This document shows, one piece after another, positions 58,444-64,000 of a stretch of 64,000 nt of DNA. Source of the stretch: an uncultured Phycisphaerales bacterium (GTDB lineage Bacteria > Planctomycetota > Phycisphaerae > WQYP01); assembly GCA_903845195.1 (NCBI GenBank), contig CAIMWO010000057.1, positions 9,186 through 73,185 of the forward strand. The letters are read 5' to 3'. Made by a program: the position numbers and the translations under genes. The notes beneath the pieces were generated by a model. It saw nothing but the letters and a program-made list of their open reading frames with translations. It was not told where the DNA came from and ran no database searches. Numbering within the stretch: the stretch's first letter is position 1; each line of letters begins with the position of its first letter.

Positions 58444-60345
58444 TTGCTCAACGGAGTGCGCATGGACAATCGCTTCACGCTCAAAGATTTCATTTTTGTA
58501 ATACTCTTTTTCGTCGTAATCGCCTCCGTCGTTCTGGCGATTTACCAGTACAGCTATCAAGAGGACCGGCTAAACGGCTTGAAGGTCGAACTCCAGCGCC
58601 TCAACGAAGCTCAAAAGCAGCAACTGACGGTTCTGACCGATATGCGAAACATGCTTCGTGACGGCGTCCGTACTACCAGCGGGGTCGAATCCACTACCCA
58701 ATCCAATACGACGCAAGCCAGCGCCGACGGCCGCATCCGCCGCAAGAATCCTGACGGTTCCCTTTACGTCTATTACCCAACCCCGCCCAAATCGCCGCGG
58801 GATCCCCGCGCCGCATCTGATTTCAGCGCCGGTGACTGGCTCGTTCGCAACCTCGGCAACGAGCCCAAGGTCATCGCTCCCTTTATTGAAAAAGACTATT
58901 ACGGCCAGATCGTTCACGACCCGGTTCTCGAATCGCTCATCGCCCAAAATCCCGAAACTTTTGAATATGAGCCGCTTCTTGCTGAGAGCTTTCGGCAGAG
59001 TGCCGACGGCCTCAAGTTCACCTTCAAACTGCGTAATGGCCTCACATTCAGCGACGGCCACCCGCTGACGGTCGATGATGTCGTCTTCAGCTACAACACC
59101 GTCATGACCGATGGTGTCGATTGCGCTCCCCTCCGCGGTTACTACGAGCATGTCAAAGCCTGCAAGAAGATCGACGATCGCACCGTGGAATTTACGATGG
59201 ACGAACCCTATTTCCAGGCGATGGATTTCATCGGTGGTCTGACCATCATTCCGCAGCACATCTACAAGTTTGACAAGCCTGAAGATTTCAACCGTATGGG
59301 CGCGATCCTCATTGGATCTGGCCCTTACATGATCGAGAAATGGGATCGCGGACAGCAGATCACTTTGGTGCGTAACGAGCATTACTGGGGCGAACGCCCG
59401 ACGTTTGATCGCGTCGTCATGAAGTTCATTCAGAATCCCCAGACGGCATTCCACGCGTTCGAAAACGAACAGATCGATGCCGTCTCTCCCGATCCTGAAC
59501 AATTCACCAAGTATTCCAAAGATTCGGATTTCACGAAAAAGTTCACGGTCAGGCTCTTCCCGCGACCGAACGCGGGCTACGCATTCCTGGGTTACAACCT
59601 CACCAAACCTATGTTCAAGGACAAGCAGACGCGCCAGGCCCTGACGATGCTGATTGATCGCAAGGCGATTATTCACACGTTCTTGAAAGACCTGGCGATG
59701 GAAATCACCAGCCCCTTCAGCACCCTCACACCGCAGAATGATCCGAGCATCAAGCCTTGGCCTTACGATCCGGAAGTCGCCCGCAAGAAACTCGCCGACG
59801 CGGGCTGGAAGCCGGGCGATGATGGCGTGCTCACACGCGACGGAGTGCGTTTCGAATTTGATTTGTCGATGGGTACGGGAAACCCGGTGGCCGAACGTGT
59901 CGCCAACTACATCAAGGAGCAGTTCGAAAAGGCCGGCATCCGCATGCGGATTACGCCATGGGAATTTGCAGTCTTCACGGGCCGTCTGGATGAACGGAAT
60001 TTCGACGCGGCGTTCCTGAGCTGGTCAGGCTCAATCGAGGACGATCCGTACCAGATCTGGCACAGCGATTCGATCAAGGACAAGGGCAGTAATTTTGTCG
60101 GCTTCTCCAATAAGGAGGCCGACAAGATCATCGAAGAAGCCCGCCGCACGCTCGACTCCGATAAGCGTATGGCCCTCTGGCACAAATGGCAGGCGATCAT
60201 TGCTGACGAACAGCCTTATACTTTCCTGCAGGCGCCCAAGGATCGGCAGTTCATCAACGGCCGGTTCAAAAATACTGAGCCATACAAGACCGGTCTCGCT
60301 CCGTACGATTGGTACGTCCCCGCAGCTCAGCAGAAATATCACTGA
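58444..60345 (+). CDS. ABC transporter substrate-binding protein, family 5 (peptide/nickel)
   Basis: N-terminal anchor helix, length and motifs of SBP_bac_5 (FKLRNGLTFSDGHPLTVDDVVFSY, GSGPYMIEKW). An alternative ATG lies at 58462. Confidence 0.85.
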   Translation: MLNGVRMDNRFTLKDFIFVILFFVVIASVVLAIYQYSYQEDRLNGLKVELQRLNEAQKQQLTVLTDMRNMLRDGVRTTSGVESTTQSNTTQASADGRIRRKNPDGSLYVYYPTPPKSPRDPRAASDFSAGDWLVRNLGNEPKVIAPFIEKDYYGQIVHDPVLESLIAQNPETFEYEPLLAESFRQSADGLKFTFKLRNGLTFSDGHPLTVDDVVFSYNTVMTDGVDCAPLRGYYEHVKACKKIDDRTVEFTMDEPYFQAMDFIGGLTIIPQHIYKFDKPEDFNRMGAILIGSGPYMIEKWDRGQQITLVRNEHYWGERPTFDRVVMKFIQNPQTAFHAFENEQIDAVSPDPEQFTKYSKDSDFTKKFTVRLFPRPNAGYAFLGYNLTKPMFKDKQTRQALTMLIDRKAIIHTFLKDLAMEITSPFSTLTPQNDPSIKPWPYDPEVARKKLADAGWKPGDDGVLTRDGVRFEFDLSMGTGNPVAERVANYIKEQFEKAGIRMRITPWEFAVFTGRLDERNFDAAFLSWSGSIEDDPYQIWHSDSIKDKGSNFVGFSNKEADKIIEEARRTLDSDKRMALWHKWQAIIADEQPYTFLQAPKDRQFINGRFKNTEPYKTGLAPYDWYVPAAQQKYH

Positions 60346-60377
60346 TCTAATTTCCCTGTGTTATCAGTCAGGTTCGC

Positions 60378-61391
60378 ATGACGACGTACATTCTCAAACG
60401 CCTCTTGCTTATGATTCCGACACTCCTCGGGATGACGCTCGTGTTGTTTGCCATCGTTCGTTTCGCCCCCGGTCTCACGACGGGCGGAGGCGCTTTTGGC
60501 GCCGGTGGCGAAATGAAAAATCAGCAGGCGCGTCTGGCCGCCGAAAAACAAATGAAGAAGCGGCTCCATCTAGTGGATGCGGAGGGACATCCCATTTCGC
60601 TGCCCATGCAGTACGTTTATTGGCTGCGGGACACTTTCAGCGGCGACTTCGGCGAGTCGATCCAGTACAACGCTCCGGTGGTCCAGCTGGTCAAGGAACG
60701 TCTCCCGGCCACCATCGCACTGAATGCAATGTCCTCGATCATTATCTACCTGATCGCCATTCCCGGCGGCATGCTGGCATCGGTAAAACGGGGCAAGGCT
60801 TTCGATGTCCTGTGGGGCTTCTTCACGCTGGGGCTTTACTCGCTCCCGGTGATCTGGGTGGGGGACATGATGGTGGGCTTCCTGGCCAATCCGCGATTTC
60901 TGCCGTGGTTTCCGTCCGATGCCCTGCACAGTACCAACACCGAGTACCTGACGTTCTTTCAATATATGAAGGATTTTCTCTGGCACACGGTGCTTCCCGT
61001 GATGTGCCTGAGCTACGGGGGATTGGCGTTTCTGACCAAGCTCAAGCGCGCCGCGATGCTGGATAACCTCGGCCTGGACTACGTCCGCACGGCACGCGCC
61101 AAGGGGCTGGGCGAAGTGACCGTCGTCACCCGTCACGTATTCCGGAACAGCCTGCTGCCCATGATCACCATCTTCGCCGGGTTTATTCCCGGCCTGCTCG
61201 GAGGATCACTGGTCATCGAGCGTATTTTTTCCATCAAGGGAATGGGCGACCTCATGGTCACCGCAACGCTAGCCCGCGATCTGCCGATCGTGCAGGCCGT
61301 GGCCTTTGTCGGTTCGGTCATATCCCTGATCTGCCTGCTACTGGCGGACATCTGCTACGTGCTTGCCGATCCGAGGGTGTCGTATGACTGA
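60378..61391 (+). CDS. Peptide/nickel ABC transporter permease (OppB/DppB type)
   Basis: YILKRLLLMIPTLLGMTLVLFAI...DYVRTARAKGL. Confidence 0.85.
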   Translation: MTTYILKRLLLMIPTLLGMTLVLFAIVRFAPGLTTGGGAFGAGGEMKNQQARLAAEKQMKKRLHLVDAEGHPISLPMQYVYWLRDTFSGDFGESIQYNAPVVQLVKERLPATIALNAMSSIIIYLIAIPGGMLASVKRGKAFDVLWGFFTLGLYSLPVIWVGDMMVGFLANPRFLPWFPSDALHSTNTEYLTFFQYMKDFLWHTVLPVMCLSYGGLAFLTKLKRAAMLDNLGLDYVRTARAKGLGEVTVVTRHVFRNSLLPMITIFAGFIPGLLGGSLVIERIFSIKGMGDLMVTATLARDLPIVQAVAFVGSVISLICLLLADICYVLADPRVSYD

Positions 61392-62634
61392 ATTGCACAA
61401 TATCGCCTGCAGCGCGACCGCTGAGGTCCCCTCGCTGGCCGCGGAGTCGCGTGCGGCCGCATACTGGACCGTGGTCGGACGCGCCTTTCGCAGGAGTTGG
61501 ATCAACCGCCTCGCTTCCGGTTGGATTCTGCTGATCATCTTGATTGCAATCATCGTTCCGTTCCTCGCCAACGGCTCGCCTTATACGGTGGTTATTGATG
61601 GCCAACGCGAGTTTCCTCTGTTCCGTAACCTCACCCGGGCCGATTGGATCATCCTGGTCTGCGGCAGTGCAGCCGCAATCTACGCCATCGCACATTGGCG
61701 CATCGGCAAACGGCCGGGGACCAACGAGGAAGTTCGAGCAACGCGCGTGAAGTGGCTGCTCTCGCTGCTCCTGTGCGCGGCGCTGATCTCGGCGGGCATC
61801 TGGGAACTCAAGCATGACTATCTCGACGTCCGCGATTACCACGCGCTGGCCAAGCAGGGCAAACTGCAAGACGCTGTATTTGCACCGCTGCGTTGGGGTT
61901 TCGCCGATCAGGAACCGTTGGATGTCGACCATACTTTTGATTTTCCAACGCACGATCACGTGCTGGGCACCGACGGCAACGGCCGTGACGCCCTGGCACG
62001 CCTACTCTGGGGCGCGCGCATCGTTCTGGGCATCGGTTTGATCAGTGAAGTCATCGCCTTGGTGATCGGAGTCATGTACGGCGCGATCATGGGCTACTTT
62101 GTCGGCACCGCGGACATTCTCGGGATGCGCTTTGTCGAGATTGTCGAAGCCATCCCTACGCTATTTCTGCTGATTACCTTCGTCGCGATCTATGGCCGCA
62201 ACATCTACATGTTGATGGTCATCATCGGCCTGACCAGTTGGACCGGCATTGCCCGATTCGTACGAGCCGAGTTTCTTCGCATCCGCGCGCTCGACTACGT
62301 CACTGCCGCGCGGGCAGCCGGATTGCCCCTTTCCAGCATCCTCTTTCGCCACATGCTTCCCAATGGTCTCACGCCGGTTATTGTTACGTTTACCTTCGGC
62401 GTCGCTGCCGCGGTGACCTCCGAATCGATTCTTTCGTTCCTGGGCATCGGCGTCGAGCCGCCGACACCGTCCTGGGGTTCCATGCTCAACGAAGCCGGAA
62501 ACCCTGCCGAAACGTTTCGTTGGTGGCTCGCCATCGCACCTGGATTTCTTATTTTTCTCACCGTCTTCGCATATAACATCATCGGCGAAGGACTCCGCGA
62601 CGCCATCGATCCGCGATTGAACAAGGTGCAGTGA
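61384..62634 (+). CDS. Second OppC/DppC-type permease with a long N-terminal extension
   Basis: [16 protein letters not shown] and [11 protein letters not shown] follow an extension of about 200 aa. The start overlaps the upstream stop. Confidence 0.8.
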   Translation: MTELHNIACSATAEVPSLAAESRAAAYWTVVGRAFRRSWINRLASGWILLIILIAIIVPFLANGSPYTVVIDGQREFPLFRNLTRADWIILVCGSAAAIYAIAHWRIGKRPGTNEEVRATRVKWLLSLLLCAALISAGIWELKHDYLDVRDYHALAKQGKLQDAVFAPLRWGFADQEPLDVDHTFDFPTHDHVLGTDGNGRDALARLLWGARIVLGIGLISEVIALVIGVMYGAIMGYFVGTADILGMRFVEIVEAIPTLFLLITFVAIYGRNIYMLMVIIGLTSWTGIARFVRAEFLRIRALDYVTAARAAGLPLSSILFRHMLPNGLTPVIVTFTFGVAAAVTSESILSFLGIGVEPPTPSWGSMLNEAGNPAETFRWWLAIAPGFLIFLTVFAYNIIGEGLRDAIDPRLNKVQ

Positions 62635-62638
62635 ATCT

Positions 62639-63709
62639 ATGTCCGACGCATCCGAACAACCGCTGCTCCGGGTCACGAACCTCATGACCCATTTCCGCAC
62701 CGATGCCGGTGTCGCCCGGGCGGTCGACGGGGTTTCGTTCGACGTGTTCCCCAACCAGGTATTCGCACTCGTTGGCGAATCCGGTTGCGGCAAGTCGGTC
62801 ACGTCCATGTCGATCATGCGGCTTCTTCAAACGCCGCCCGCGTTCTTTCCCGGCGGGTCGATTCACTTCAAGGGAAAAGAACTCCTGACTCTTCCCGAAA
62901 AGCAGATGCAGAAAATCCGGGGCGGCGAGATCGCGATGATCTTTCAGGAGCCGATGACGAGTCTCAACCCTGTCTTCACCATCGGCAATCAGATTGTCGA
63001 GGCCATCCTTCTGCATCAGCAGGTGGACTTGCGGCAGGCCTGGCAGATCGCCGAGGACGCGTTGCGAAGGGTCGGAATTTCCGAGCCACATCGTCGGCTG
63101 CTGGATTATCCGCACCAGATGTCCGGCGGCATGAAACAGCGGGTCATGATCGCCATGGCCCTCGCTTGCGAGCCGTCGTTGCTCATCGCTGATGAACCCA
63201 CCACCGCGCTGGATGTCACCATTCAGGCCCAGATTCTCGAACTGATGAAGAGCGTCCAGATCCAGACCGGCATGTCGATCATGCTGATCACGCACGATCT
63301 GGGTGTCGTCGCGGAAAACGCCGATGTTGTGGCCGTCATGTACGCGGGAAAAATCGTCGAATTCGCCGAAGTGCACGAACTGTTCGCCAATCCGCTGCAT
63401 CCTTACAGCAAGGGTTTGCTGGCCTGTGTGCCGCGGCTGGGTCAGGAGCACGAACGTCTTTTCACGATTCCCGGAATGGTTCCGAGCCCCACGAAGTATC
63501 CGCAAGGCTGCCGTTTTGCTGCACGATGCACGGAATGCCAGGGCAAGATTCGCCAGATGGAAGAGGCTGCATCGCCGGAACTTCGCGAAGTAAAGCCGGG
63601 CCATTGGGTCGCCACCTGGAACGCCCCGGGCTACGAAACCGCCCCGGTTACAGAACCGCGTTTGACCTATCGCCGCCCGCGCGAAGCCGCAAAGGTCGCA
63701 GCAATCTAA
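62639..63709 (+). CDS. ABC transporter ATP-binding protein (OppD/DppD type)
   Basis: Walker A GESGCGKS, signature MSGGMKQR, Walker [13 protein letters not shown] and the C-terminal oligopeptide-type domain. Confidence 0.9.
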   Translation: MSDASEQPLLRVTNLMTHFRTDAGVARAVDGVSFDVFPNQVFALVGESGCGKSVTSMSIMRLLQTPPAFFPGGSIHFKGKELLTLPEKQMQKIRGGEIAMIFQEPMTSLNPVFTIGNQIVEAILLHQQVDLRQAWQIAEDALRRVGISEPHRRLLDYPHQMSGGMKQRVMIAMALACEPSLLIADEPTTALDVTIQAQILELMKSVQIQTGMSIMLITHDLGVVAENADVVAVMYAGKIVEFAEVHELFANPLHPYSKGLLACVPRLGQEHERLFTIPGMVPSPTKYPQGCRFAARCTECQGKIRQMEEAASPELREVKPGHWVATWNAPGYETAPVTEPRLTYRRPREAAKVAAI

Positions 63710-63815
63710 ACGAAAGGAGGAACTGGCAACTCGTTATTGGGATTTGATCATCGTGGCTTTCCACCAAGGCATCAGCAATTGCCAATTACGACTTACCAGC
63801 TACTGATCCATATTC

Positions 63816-64000
63816 ATGACCACCGAAATCTCGCCATCTTCGCCCGCACCGCAGACCGTCAGCCTGCCGTTGCTCGACGTGCAGAACCTCCGCACCTATT
63901 TTCCTATCCGCAAGGGATTTTTCCGCAGCGTGGCCGGATATGTCCGTGCAGTGGATGATGTCAGTTTCACCGTCAATGCCGGCGAATCGCTGGGACTGGT
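63816..64000 (+). CDS. ABC transporter ATP-binding protein (OppF/DppF type), 5' fragment running off the window
   Basis: Hand translation gives MTTEISPSS...LLDVQNLRTYFPIRKGFF...VRAVDDVSFTVNAGESLGLV, the typical OppF N-terminus. It is truncated by the window edge. Confidence 0.75.
   Translation, partial: MTTEISPSSPAPQTVSLPLLDVQNLRTYFPIRKGFFRSVAGYVRAVDDVSFTVNAGESLGL

Overview
This 64-kb window comes from a high-G+C bacterial chromosome. Gene content and intergenic style look like the PVC group (Planctomycetota-like), but that is a guess I cannot verify here. Most of it is ordinary housekeeping: nuoC, a BamB-like lipoprotein, purH, yggS, dus, dapA, an NlpC/P60 peptidase, a GH43 hydrolase, an MFS transporter, gdhA, ileS, tig, a three-gene signalling cluster, a WecA/MraY-family transferase, dnaG, rpoD, TauE+DUF1634, a CoaB-like ligase, a 1018-aa AsmA-like protein, aguB, a NUDIX hydrolase, tRNA-Leu(UAG), two TPR proteins (one SPINDLY/OGT-like), a UvrD-like helicase, an aldo-keto reductase, LemA+2xTPM, lysC and an Opp/Dpp-type ABC importer. 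Two things are not ordinary. (1) An accessory patch at about 5.8-10.65 kb between dus and dapA holds four paralogous small two-TM proteins; the three tandem copies have near-identical ends and a diverged middle, and all four have TAAGAT-N6-ATG upstream. The patch also holds an internally duplicated secreted protein with no domain I recognise, and a 360-bp array of about 21-nt-period mini-hairpins with GGA/GAGG-rich loops. (2) The replicon is full of short-period (mostly 7-nt) tandem tracts and palindromic hairpin elements at gene boundaries. Two of these element types sit in frame inside the essential ileS gene. A REP-flanked RAYT-type Y1 transposase lies directly downstream of ileS, between it and gdhA. 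I found no CRISPR, rRNA, prophage or recognisable defence genes. All coordinates, repeat counts and identities were worked out by eye, and start codons are provisional.
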